Shown here: piece by piece, positions 27,718 through 46,000 of the stretch
Layout: each line of letters begins with the position of its first letter
Numbering within the stretch: position 1 is the first letter of the stretch
NCBI GenBank assembly: GCA_012295275.1
Contig: CM022670.1
Span: 1,488,001-1,552,000, forward strand
Direction: 5' to 3'
Source of the DNA: Chrysomallon squamiferum
Lineage: Eukaryota; Animalia; Mollusca
Length of the DNA: 64,000 bases
Program-made: the position numbers and the translations under genes
Notes under the pieces: generated by a model
What the model saw: the letters and a program-made list of their open reading frames with translations, nothing else
Told to the model about the DNA's origin: nothing
The model's database searches: none

Positions 27718-30529
27718 ATAATCCAGAACTTTAGGTTGAGCATCCCATATAACAATTTCCTAGTTCGTGACACTTAGCCTTCTAACAGTTCAGCTTTTAA
27801 AAATATATACTAAAAATAGACAAAACTTCGAGTGTAAATTATGTTGAATACGTTTTAGAAATCTGAAAAAATTAATGAAATCGAAGAGACATCATGCTTC
27901 TGTATGCTTAATCTGCATTATTTTCGAGGGAAACATTCCATCGCATATTACTATTTCTGGAAGTCAGTAGTTGTCTCAACATTATCAGTTAAATTCATCA
28001 ATTAAATGTTTGTTCATGAGACTGCTTTCAGAAACATCTATTTTTTGTTCTTTTATTTTCTGTCCAATGTATTTATCTGTGATACATGTTCAAATAAAAG
28101 ATAAATATGAAATTTGTTGTCGTTTCTAGAGTTAAATGTTTGTACTGGAAATATATATAACTTAAGAAGAAAGGATCGTCTTAGTTCATGTTTCCCCACT
28201 CTCCCATTTAATGATTTTTGCAACCGTCTGCTATACATGATGAAATATTAAATTTTGTTTTAAATCAGAGGCTATTACTTGGTACCATGCTTTAACAAGT
28301 TCTAGTCATTCAACAGATTATTTTCCAATTTAAAAAAAAGAATAATTTTATTAATATAAAAATGCTTAAAGCGATTTTTTTTTTTCTTCCATATGCATCC
28401 ATTTTGAAATAATCTAACCAATCCACCATTGACAAATCAGCATACAAGATACATAACTAATTTTCCAAAATGTCCATTCCTTACATTATAAACAGAAAAT
28501 TAATCATTTACCTAAAACTAGCTGAAATTTAGCAATGACTTGGGAGCTTATCAAATGAGCCTTTTTGTCCTTGAAAAGAAACAAATGTAATACTGTTGAA
28601 TTTTATGTAACTCATTTTATGGAGTATATAAAGCTCATAGGAAAGAATTAACAAAATACAAAGATCGTATTATCAGAATATATGTTATTTTAATAAATAA
28701 CATCAGCTGTTGTCATCCGTGTTTGCTGCCTCTTCCAGTGAAGTTTGCAATTTGTTGATAAAGTATCTGTCAACTTAACAAAACGTGGTGTGCTATAATT
28801 ATAAATTATTAAATCCTCTCTTTCCATTTTCACACTCACAAACACACACAGAAAAAAAAAATAAAAAATCAATATTCTATACCACTTAGTCAAGCAACAA
28901 CAAAACGTTCTGCAATTTGAGTCTTTTGTTTATCGTAGTTATGAGGTTAGACACAAAGTTAACAAAATGTACAATCTTTATAGCTCCATGGCAAATTTCA
29001 CATCAAGCTGCTGCTATATTATATTTTGATAAATAAAAAAAAAAAAAAAAAAAATAAAAAAAAGATAGAAAAATACATCAAAATATTTCTGACTAGTAAT
29101 TGAAGAACTACTATCAAAGTACACTGATCTTAAATTTAAATGACATGTACAAACTCACCATGTTCACTAGTCCTTAAATTTTTAACCATGGAGCAAAGAA
29201 ATACAAAATGTGTTTGTGCTTATAATACTAATAGCATACAATTCCTTTTAACTCTTCTTAACATCTATATGTAACACTTATTTACATTATCTGTCAAATA
29301 GTACACACAAACCATGAAAAGAAATTTCTATGAAATGGCTGAATGTGGGATGATCAGCAATTACCTTATTTCCAAACAAGAAATGTTAAAAACGGAAATT
29401 ATGCTTCACATAAAAGTTTAATAATTTCAGCATTTAACATAGGTTTACTACAAACAAAATGTTTTATGTAATCAATATGGTTATGAAGCAGTGGACATCA
29501 AATTCTAATCTGAATGTTTTTTTAATTAAAATGAGCCCAAGACGATAAGTTTTTCTTTTATTAAAAGCAAAATTCATCTTTCAAAGAAAATGTTAATGCT
29601 TACAAATAGTGCTTTACAGCTGAAATTGCTTTTAGTATCAAAACTTATAATTAAGAATCTTACAAAATATATAAATTTAAATAAATTGACTTAACACTGA
29701 AGATGCCCCCATATTTCCAACACATCCAACAAATGTAACGAACTAGTAGTAAAATACAAGACTTTCAACATGAGTATATTAAATTTTCAACCATAGAATT
29801 GGATTTAAGAAAAGAAAAAAAAAAAGAATATGAAACATTCGAACACTCAAATCACCTGGCATACTTCAGAAAAAAAAGGTTCTTCACATACATGGCAGTA
29901 TGAAAAAAAGCTTTTTAAGTCACTGCACATGGTAGGCAAAGTCTTTCATGTTGAAGCCAATTACAAATCAGTTTTTGGTCAACATTAACTTTTTTTTTTT
30001 TTTTTTATCATCTTTGATGTAATTGAAAATAAGTACACTTTACAGTATACTTGGTCTGTATTGAAGAAATTGTTTTGTCCAAAATAAACACAAAAGGAAC
30101 TGCATCTGAACAATACAACCCCAAATTTCTCATTTAAAAAAAAATGTAGAAAACTGGGGTGGGGAAAAAAGTACACAGCACTTGTTTGTAGCAAATATTC
30201 CTGTTAATTCTGAATTGTTTTTTTTTTTCAACAATTAAGGTGGCAGCACAACTTGGAAGTGCTGTCCATGAGCTGATCCTGAATTGAGATCCCACACACA
30301 CCAACACTGGATGTTCTTTTTAAAAAAAAAAAAATGTTTAATTAATTAATTAATAAAGAGAGAAAAGGTTAGAGGTAATTTAAAATGCAACAGGCAATGA
30401 TGTTTAGCCAATTGAAGAAGAAAAAAAATCCACACCATTATACTGAAATCCAAGTCTTCGCAAACTACGGAAGTCGAAAAATAATAAACGGGCAGTTGGA
30501 GACAAGTTATCAACTGGATGCTTAACAGC

Positions 30530-33500
30530 TCATGCTGCACTCTTAACCAAACTTGGAAAGTCTGTTTCATCATCCATCCTTGGTGCAGTTTCACGTGGTT
30601 TCCTGTCACCACGACCCATGCCACCACCTCTTCCTCCGCGACTGCGCCCATCACGGGGTCTTCGTCCACCACGACCACGACGAGGCGACTCATTGAAAGT
30701 AATCCTAATGTCCAACAGGTCCTTTTTCTTGTGCCTATCGTCATCCTAGAAAAAAATAAAATGTACAGTAAGTAGAAAGATCAAAATATTCTTGTAATCA
30801 GTCTGCCATTACATAAATCTAATGTTTATGAATACTTCCTACTTTAAATAAAAAAAAATTATTTGAGGCAAACAAGTATGTACATGAACTAATTATACTA
30901 CCTACCTGCTGACACTGTTTACTGGCAGGCAGTCTACCTAGGTGCACACACAGGTACTTGCAAATAGTGGGCATTTCAAGGATTCCACAGCACGAAAAAG
31001 TTCTTTTTTAAGATTCCAATTATTTTGCAATGAAACTGTCAGCATCTTATTTTACAACAATACAGTGACCATAATGTATTTCTTTTTGTTATTCCACAAA
31101 ATAACTGGTCTATTCTCAGGCCAGTCCTGGAGTTTAGTGCCATTACCCAAAAGGAGAAATGACCATAATTCATTATGCTTGTATAGTTCATGCCCCCACT
31201 TTATCAACATCAAACTACCTGACCGTTCTTAAGATTTGACTACACATTTAAAAAAAAACTAATTACAAAAGAAAACTGCATGCTGAAACCTAAATTACCT
31301 CATCATCCTCATCCTCTTCTTCATCAGTTTCCTCCTTTTTCTTTGTGTAAGCAACACCTTTTTCCCATTTATTATTGTCTTCGCCCTCTCCTGCTTTCCT
31401 AATATTGTAATCAACTTTGGTCCTTTTCTGTTTCTGTAAAGCCTTCCATTCATCTAAAGTCATCTGTTTTCCTGGTTCCTCTCCATCACCAACGTGTTCA
31501 ACCTCGCCACTTTCACTGAAAAAACACAAAACTAACATTACTTTTAGTATTTGTTTAAAATGAAATAAAGATGTACATTTTAGCTGGCAATAAAACTGGA
31601 TACAGAATTATGGACCGATTATGAAAACATGATGGCAATTACCATCAACAATAAGCACAGAAAATTCAACAAATTGGAAGTTTAAAAACAAATTACTGCA
31701 TTTTTATAAATCACAAATAAGAGGACACACTGTGGTGAAATCACGTTAGGTTTTTTTTTTAATTTTGTATTGGTTTTGGCAATTTTTGTCATTTAAAAAT
31801 CAAAATACTTTCTCTGCTCTTTAAAAAAAATTGTTTAAAGAATACTGCTGTTGTAACAAGGACAGCAGTGCTAGAAAGAACACCTGAAAAAGACTTAAAA
31901 AGGCAAGAGAAAACTGACAAATTTTGTCAAAATTAATATCATTTCTTCATCTGACCTTTCCTGCAAATTACTCCTTTGTTTTTGTTTATTGATGTTTTTA
32001 TGTGTAAATTTGTATGAAACAGCGGATCAAATTTTGTATGCAGTGGTGACCTATAAACAAAGTAGTGTGTGTTTGCTGTGACTTGACATAGTAGCCAGTC
32101 ATTGTCGCTTATTCAGCTTTATCTTGGCTGGCTGTTTTCAGATAGTGTGACCTTTTCAAGTTGACGGAAATGGCCAAGTATTACAAAAAAAATTTGCTGT
32201 ACCATTTTGCTGTGCAAAAGCTGAGCTTTCTGTTAGTATGTCAACAAGGGTTCAAAATGTTGCAAGATGTATGTTCTTAGACAGGAACAATTTTTCAAAT
32301 ATATTTTGTGTCAATGAATGTAAACAAAGGAAATAAAATGACAGAGGTGCTCAAAAACATTTTTAATGTGTGTATATCACAACAAGAGCAAACAGTTAAG
32401 AATTACAATAATTGGAAATGTGTGATGTTTTCATATTTAGATTTTAAGTGATATTCACCAGGATGTGTCCCCTTAGGTTTTGTTTTTCATCTTGATTCCA
32501 TCCCCTCAAAATATTTACAAAATAAAAACAATGTGCTGTTCTTACTTGAGTTCAGTGTTCTCGGGAACTTCTTCCGATGCCCAGGTTTCACGATGTTCTT
32601 CTTCACCATCTTGAACAGGTTCTCTAAAAAATTAAAATATTTAATGTTAATTTTCATGTATGTATGCATCATAAACTGTAACTGAAATTGTGTCCCTGTT
32701 CAGATTCCGGTAAAAACTGAGGTCCATCATAATTATTAAATGGATGTTTTATTATCATCATTTTAGGAACACAATGTCCCCACAACAGAGGGTGAAAAAA
32801 AAAACCATCTTCATTGTACTGAAATACAAAGGAATGTACACATCTGATAATGCAAAGAAAATATCTTTACATCTGGTGCTGAGAGGTGCAAGCAAGAAAC
32901 AAAAACAACCTACTGAAATGTCCTTACAGTAAATATGACACTCAAAAGGTCAAAACACAAATTCAAGTAGTTGTTCTGTTAGCAATTAAACAAAACATGT
33001 TCAAAAGTTGGTGTAACAATTCCAAAAACAAATCCTACGTTGCTTATGTAAACAATATGGACTTTTTGTTTTAGTTATCTACAGAGGCATCAAGGCAAGT
33101 GGTTAAGTTTACCTGGTTAGTCATGACAAAGTGGGACTGACCAAACAAAAAACACTGCTCACAAAAGGGTAATCAGCAAGCACATTAAAAGGATGAACTG
33201 TGATTAACTTACACTAAATCATCCTTGAATGTTCCCCAGTTTCGTGCACCACCTCCCTCTTTCTTCTCCACAGCCTTGATGCCACTGAAATAGACGTAAA
33301 AACGCCTGCTTACCTATCTGTTCAGCCAAAATTTAGGACATGTAAAATGTTAAGTGGGGTGAAAAAAAGCAAACAAAAACAACATTTATGCACTTGATAG
33401 AATACACCACAAATTGTTTTATTTGCTAACATAATAATGGCAATCAGATTCAAACAAATAGGAAAGAACCTTTTTAACTCTACTAAGTTACACAATTTGT

Positions 33501-33970
33501 GCAAGAACAAGATAACAAAATTCCAGACCACCATGATCAAAATTTAATACATAACTGAACACTGTTATCAATGTGCAATGTAATTTTAAATAATTTATTC
33601 ATGCCAAAAACAAAAAACATTTACGTTTTATCACTTCCACTATGGCGATCAAAATCCCTTCTTGGCCTGTCACCACCTGGACCACCTCCGGGAGTACCAA
33701 AACCTCCATCACGGAAACCTTCCCTGGAACCACCCCTGTTTCCACGTCCACCTCTTCCTCTGCCAAAACCACGACTGCCTCTACCTCGACCACGCTCACC
33801 ACCTTCTCTGTTAAATCCACTGCTTCCTTCAGGTTTATCTCTGAAATTGCCATCAAAACAAAATAACTAAAAAATAATTAAAAAATAAAAAGACTACTGT
33901 AAATGGTATTTCATGTAATACATCCTTCTCCATTTATAGTAAACAATTCACTTTTTATGTCTTTCAGTTT

Positions 33971-34006
<36 letters not shown>

Positions 34007-36741
34007 TGTATATCAAAGCACCAACTTTACATTTCTTATATTTAACCGTTACTGAATGTAATTTTATGGCTAAATCTGCCATTTCCAAGTTTAGTTCTGT
34101 GAAAGATGTCAATACATTTTGTAAGATTTAATATTTATCATGTGTTTAGGTATCCCCATTCCACAAAAAGGAAATTGTTAAAAACTAATCATAATCAAAC
34201 AGGTTCACTTCAGATTGTGTTCTCTGCCACTGATGGTATTTTTTTTTTTACAGAACAGAATAGTACTTCAAGCTCTGAAACATCTTTTTGTCAGTAACAT
34301 TCTAGACATTTGGAAATGAAAAAACTATCAAAAAAAAATATATACAATTTGTTATGAAACTATTCAAACAAATCAAGTTGCCAAATTATAAACTTATTAA
34401 AATTTGGTTTTGATAAACTATCACATAAAAGCAATCTAAAAAAAATTAGAAATGTTCAGAAGTGAACAAGCTTTTAAAAGCACACACATACCAAGATAGT
34501 AATTATTAATTTTCTTCTACAGAAGAATCACCCAATTATGCATATTTTTTTTAATTTGTCAGTGTTATTTCAGTTAACACTGACATACTTATCAAAGTTC
34601 TTGTATTAAAAAAAATGAAATGCTCATTCAGTTCTTTTCACACTTCCATTTCAAGTTTTTTGACTAAATAAAGTGAAAACAGTTTTTATTATGTCTCTAT
34701 ATCATTGTTACCTCCTGTAACATGCTTAAATATGACAATACCACTAGCGTGTCCAAGATACATCAGAAATCTAAGGTAGAGTTGAACTTTACATTCTTTC
34801 GTAAAATACCTGAATTCTGGGGGCACATTTTCATCACCCTTTGGCTCCCTTGGTTCTCGTGGAGGTGGCCGTCTAGGCTGGCGTCTCTCAGAATCGTTTT
34901 CACGAATCTCCCGAGGTTCTCGGTTTTGTCTACCACCACGGCCTCCTCTCTCTGGCCTTGCTGAAGTGGGTTTTTCTTAAAACAGAATATTGACACTTGT
35001 TTTATCCTGATACAAGCATAATATTTTTAATGATCCCACATACTATTAAGCTAACTAAAGCTTGGCAATTGTATTAAAGCTATCTTTAAAGTTCCATTAG
35101 TCAAACCAAATCTGCCCATTAACAGATAATAAAAATTAAAACGATTTTCATGAACAAGAGTACTATTCTTCATTTCATACTGATAAATGAAATTAAATTC
35201 TATAATAGTCATTCAAAAAATATTTTGAATTCAGGGATGCAAAAAAAAAAGAAAAAGATGGCCAACGGATTCAGATTTCTCATTTCTGTTTAAATCCAAC
35301 AAACCTGTCAATACAGTAATTTACTTAGATCTTTTGGAAGTGTCAAATATTAAAAACTGAAATGCATTTGATACTACCATTTTAAAGAAGTAACCAAAAT
35401 TTTGCTAATTCAAAAACAAATGCACCATATAGGCATGTGCAGATAATCACCATGCGCAGCAGCCATTTTGCAACAATTTACTGTTCCACTTCACCCATAT
35501 CATGCTTGAACATGTGCACTGTTTACTCGCTTTTCATTTGCTTGTGGTATTTGGGGTGGGGATTCCATCATTAAAAACAAAGGTGGGAAATTTCTAAGTA
35601 TTCTTGATTTTGAATATTTCAGTTTGATTATATCTTTTTACAAATTACAAATTTTCAACATGTTTGAATCACTGAAGTTGGACACATGTCAAATTAAAAA
35701 TAGCCATCTTTTTACAAACACGTACTTTTGTAGTGTTGATATAATTTGTGCAAGTCATTCTGTTTTGGGGGTCTTTTCTTTTTCCATTGTTTGGTTTTGT
35801 CCAGAATTTTTTTTTTTTATAATGTAGCAGTTGTCAAAAACCTTTATTATCTCAATCTGTGTTTAATTGGAAAAAGTTAAGCACTGATTTTACCGTTACT
35901 TCCTTAATATTTAACATATTTGATCTTGGGGTTATTTTAAAGGGGTTTTCAAGCTCTTACCTAAAGTTTATTTTTCAGATTTCTGGGGTTTTAAATTTCT
36001 GTCCAACACACCTAGACCATGGTTATTCACATACTGACTTAGCAGATAGCGACATACTTTTTTCATTACCTACCTGAAGAATAAACATATCAATATCATG
36101 ACTGTACAATTTCAGTCGTTTTCGTTAAAAAATAAAAAAATTGCTAGTGTTTTTCTTAATAATAACATATTGTGACCATTTTAAGTAACGAACAATGACA
36201 ATGAAATGTTAATGTGCACCCATATTCTACAACTATAAATGTACAAGTCGTCCATGGTGAATTAATCTAATAAAGTAATAGATTCTGCAAGTAGTACTTC
36301 CATTACCGAGTTTGCTCAAAACCACTTCATACTAGATTAGAAATGAAAAATTAATTTACGGCTTGATGTTTTTAGTCGATTCATTTGGTTACAAGCTGGA
36401 CAAGTTAAACTAGCACAGAGACACGTGATACCGAACGAGTGTGTTGTTCGTTAAGTACTTGGGAACATTTTAAAATCATAAAGACAATTTATTTGCAATA
36501 GTTTCTTTGCACCATTTCATTTACCTTCTTTCTTTGTCACTGTCGTTTCAGCTTGCTTATTTTTCGCATCGACCGAAGGAGCAGCCTTTTTTGCGTGCTT
36601 ATTTTTAGATTTTTTATCGGATTCGTCCTTCTTCTTAGACTTGGCCTCCTCCTGCTGTTTGAGAATTTCATAAGGATCCTCTTCTTCATCGTTCAAAAAC
36701 TGATATTTATTGGAAACTGCAATGCCGTATTGGATGTCCAT
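30530..36741 (-). CDS. SERBP1: SERBP1/HABP4 (PAI-RBP1, Vig-like) RGG RNA/ribosome-binding protein
   Basis: Exons 36741-36525, 34975(or 34960)-34810, 33840-33625, 33284-33213, 32623-32546, 31515-31299, 30745-30530. Motifs YGIAVSNKYQFL..EEDP, RGG boxes, RDFDRHSGSDKTGIKAVEKKEGGGARNWG, QMTLDEWKA, APRMDDETDFPSL. Probably co-orthologous to both vertebrate paralogs (SERBP1 and HABP4). Confidence 0.93.
32687..32775 (-). ncRNA. Candidate intronic box C/D snoRNA in SERBP1 intron 4
   Basis: Minus strand: ATTGTGTTCCT-AAA-ATGATGA (box C, 32761-32755) ... ATGATGG (C'-like) ACCTCAGTTTTTACCGGAAT-CTGA (box D, 32703-32700)-AC-AGGGACACAAT. It has an 11-bp terminal stem with a G.U wobble that pairs only on the host strand, and box D lies about 76 nt upstream of the 3' splice site. 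Confidence 0.72.
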
Positions 36742-37200
36742 TGTTCCTCTTTTCCCAGAGGATTGCAATGGATTTACGGCCTTTTCGATATTAGTCCTCA
36801 GAATATACAAAATGGCGTGCTTCCCGCACAAACTGGCGCATGCTCTGTGAGCAAATCGTGTGATGTCACAGAGCCAAAAATGGCTTTGGTGGCGGGAAGT
36901 ACCCTACCTATAGATGTTGTTTATTTATTGCACTGGTGCAAAATTATATTTAACACCAGTGAATATAAGATTTTAAAATATATTCATATTTCAAATCTGG
37001 CTTGAAAAATAATTCCTGCCACGAATTGCGGAAGCACCTATAATTACCCCCATACGCTGATAGTCAATATCGAAAGCTAATTGATATCTATTTTTAGCAA
37101 CATTTGCAGGTATGAACTTGAAGCATAGTTTTATTTACAAGACAGTGTTAAAATACATTCTTACAGGTGATGTTATACATAAGTGTACAACAAACGCACT
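36742..37200. promoter_or_regulatory. Bidirectional promoter SERBP1/ZNF367
   Basis: 459 bp between divergent ATGs and locally CpG-rich. YY1-like CAAAATGGCG 36808-36817, E2F-like TTCCCGC 36821-36827 and TGGCGGGAA 36890-36898, NRF1-like GGCGCATGC near 36835, 9-bp inverted repeat GCTCTGTGA/TCACAGAGC 36842-36874. Confidence 0.7.
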
Positions 37201-43098
<5,898 letters not shown>

Positions 43099-46000
43099 CA
43101 TTCACAAGTCACAGAAAAGTTAAGGGGTGTGCTGATTGTATGAAAAATGACAGCAGAATGATCACTAACTACAGACTGTCAGAACACCTGCACTGTAAGA
43201 ACATTTCTCTAAGTTTTGATGATCTAACTGTATTATTTAATCACATAATGAGAACACCCATGAATAATTTTGGTCATGAAATTCAACATTCATTGGACAG
43301 ATTTTTTACCCTCTCATCATAAGAATTTATTACAGTGTGAAATCTTTAAGCCATTGATTTTAACAAAAATCATAGAAATATAATCACTTTGGTTATGGAG
43401 CTCAATGTTAGATTTGATTGTTTTTTGGTTTCTTATTTTTTTTGTAAATTAATTTGTTTGTTTTACCCTGATAAAGAATTCTATAAGAATTTGTTATATG
43501 GGACCAAAGCTGGGTAACTTTGGACATCTTACATGTGTATGTGTGTGTGTGTGTTTATATATATATATATATATTTTATTTATAATCTCTCCAGAAATTA
43601 TGACATAACAAGGTCAACATTTTTTTATTTTTTTTTAAATGGGAAGAAAGAATGAAAGACAAAATTTTATAACAGATGACAACTAAATAAAATGAAATCA
43701 GTCATATCTATAAGTATAATAACAAAATACAATAATTTTGTTTTTCGGTATACCTGAATTAAAATGATTTATGTTAACTTTATGTATTAACTGATGTAGT
43801 ATTAAATAATAAAAAATAAAATTAATATTTTTTTTATTTACAGTACATTTCAGAAATTCCTTGAAAAAAAATAATCTAATGTTGAAATGGTTTGTTATTC
43901 TTTTCTTTGATATTATATGAATTGTTGTAAAAAATTATAATTTTAAAAAATACTGAAATGAAACATGAATTATATTTACTTTTTCAGGACTGCATTTCAA
44001 AGACTGTTTTTAGTTAAAACATTTTGTCATTTCCTTTCATATGAATAATACATTTATTTTTGGCTTTTCATTTATTCTATATAACATAATTTCTGGATTG
44101 ATGACTATTTAATATGATATATTAATGTTTGCTACATTTCTTTTTCTATTTACAATGAAATGTTATTTATTCCAGAAGTGTTCACAATAATGCTTTGCAA
44201 TTTTGTGCTCAGCATTTTTATGCTGCCGTCCATTCATTCCAAACATTTATATAATTTTAACCCACCATTAATATATTTATATATCTGTGTGTATGTGTGT
44301 GTGTGGATTTGATTTATTTATTATTCAAATAAAGTTTGTAATTAGATTAGTAAAGTATTTAGTATTTATTTGAAAAAAAAAAGCAAAACATTTCAAAATT
44401 TTAATAAAACAATTTTTCCAAAAAAAAAAAAAAATTTCAAAAAGAAGAAAAATACAAATTTTTTATTTAATTTATTAAAAAGATTTCTAATATAAAAAAT
44501 GCAGCTGAAAAAAAAAAAAAAAAATATATGAAATATTCTAGCATTTATTAATAAGAAAATTATTTTAAACAATAATAATATTTGATAAAAATTAAGTAAA
44601 TAAATATACTTTTTGTTTTAACTACCTTTTAAACATCATAAACTTGTGAAAGCTAATTCAGCAAATGAATCAGAAATTTTTTATTTTTAGCATTGTTCAG
44701 AACAAATGAAATCAAAAGCAAAGTTAAAAACTGGCAAGTAAAATGACATATAATTATGGTTACGGCTGTGATTTGATGTAAATATAGAATCTAAAAAATG
44801 GATATTTATAAGCAATGGTGCATGAGAACTGATTTTGTTCAACTGATTATATTCCACAATGTTACAACACCGTCCATTTTCATGCTTTTGCAACATCATT
44901 GTCATTTGCCGTCCACTAAATGTTTTTGGTGATTGTCAGGTTTATTTATTTATTTATTTATACATTGTGATTTATGTTGTGATGTTTATTTTACACCCTT
45001 TTTAGGGCTGTCAAATCATTCCCTCCATTATTTATTTGAATCTTAATCTTTTTAAGATTGGATTAAAGATTGCTGCAATCTTCAGCCTGTGGATTATTGT
45101 GATTAATATAAACTGCAATAGGTTGATGTTTTTATACTGAAAATAAATCCATATTATATAGATTTTAGGTCACAAGAAATATATATCTTTTTCTTCTTTT
45201 TTTTTTTTTTCATTTTATTTTGTTTCATTTATTTTTATTTAATTTAATTATTATTATTATTTTTTAACTTTTTTGTATATACAGCATTTAAAATAATATA
45301 TTTATATATGTTTTAAAATTAACTCTTTATATATCATATAATAAAAATTAACTTTCTCATCAGTCAAGAAAACTTTTTTTGTGTATTTATTTATTTATTT
45401 ATTTATTTATTTATTATGAAAATGTCTCTCCATGATAATAAAACCAAGCATTGTGAATATTATTACATTCCATACTTTTCTTTATTGCATTCCTTTGTAT
45501 TTAAATTTTATTATATTCTTTGCAGGTTTTGCTATGTAATGAATTTCTTATCTATATATCTCTTGCATATCACTTATTTTATCTTTTTTATTTTTTTATA
45601 ATATGTTAACTTTTTTGTTTTGTTATGATAAGACAAATGTATTTATATAGTTTTAGCAATGTCAGTAGAGATTTGCATATTACTTGTGTTAATCCAGTTT
45701 TAACATATATATATAATCGGAATGAAATTATCTGAAAAAAGTAATGTTCTATGAATAAAGTCAAATTTGCTCCTTTCTTTAAGATTTAAGCAATATCAAA
45801 CTGACATTACTTTTAAAACTATGTAATTTTAAAAAGAAAAAGAAGCTTATCATAATATACCTTTTTTTTTGTTAAGCAGTTACCTAATAAATTTAAGTAA
45901 ATATAGCACTAGTATTTGTGATCCACTTGTAAAATTGATATGAATGAATCAAAAAGAGATTTTTATGTTCTTACACGATATTGTCTGACTTCATTGTTTA

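Noticed and set aside
33571-33870. Pro-rich and Thr-rich plus-strand ORFs (also 30518-30775, 36553-37005)
   Set aside because: Antisense shadows of SERBP1 RGG/acidic exons.
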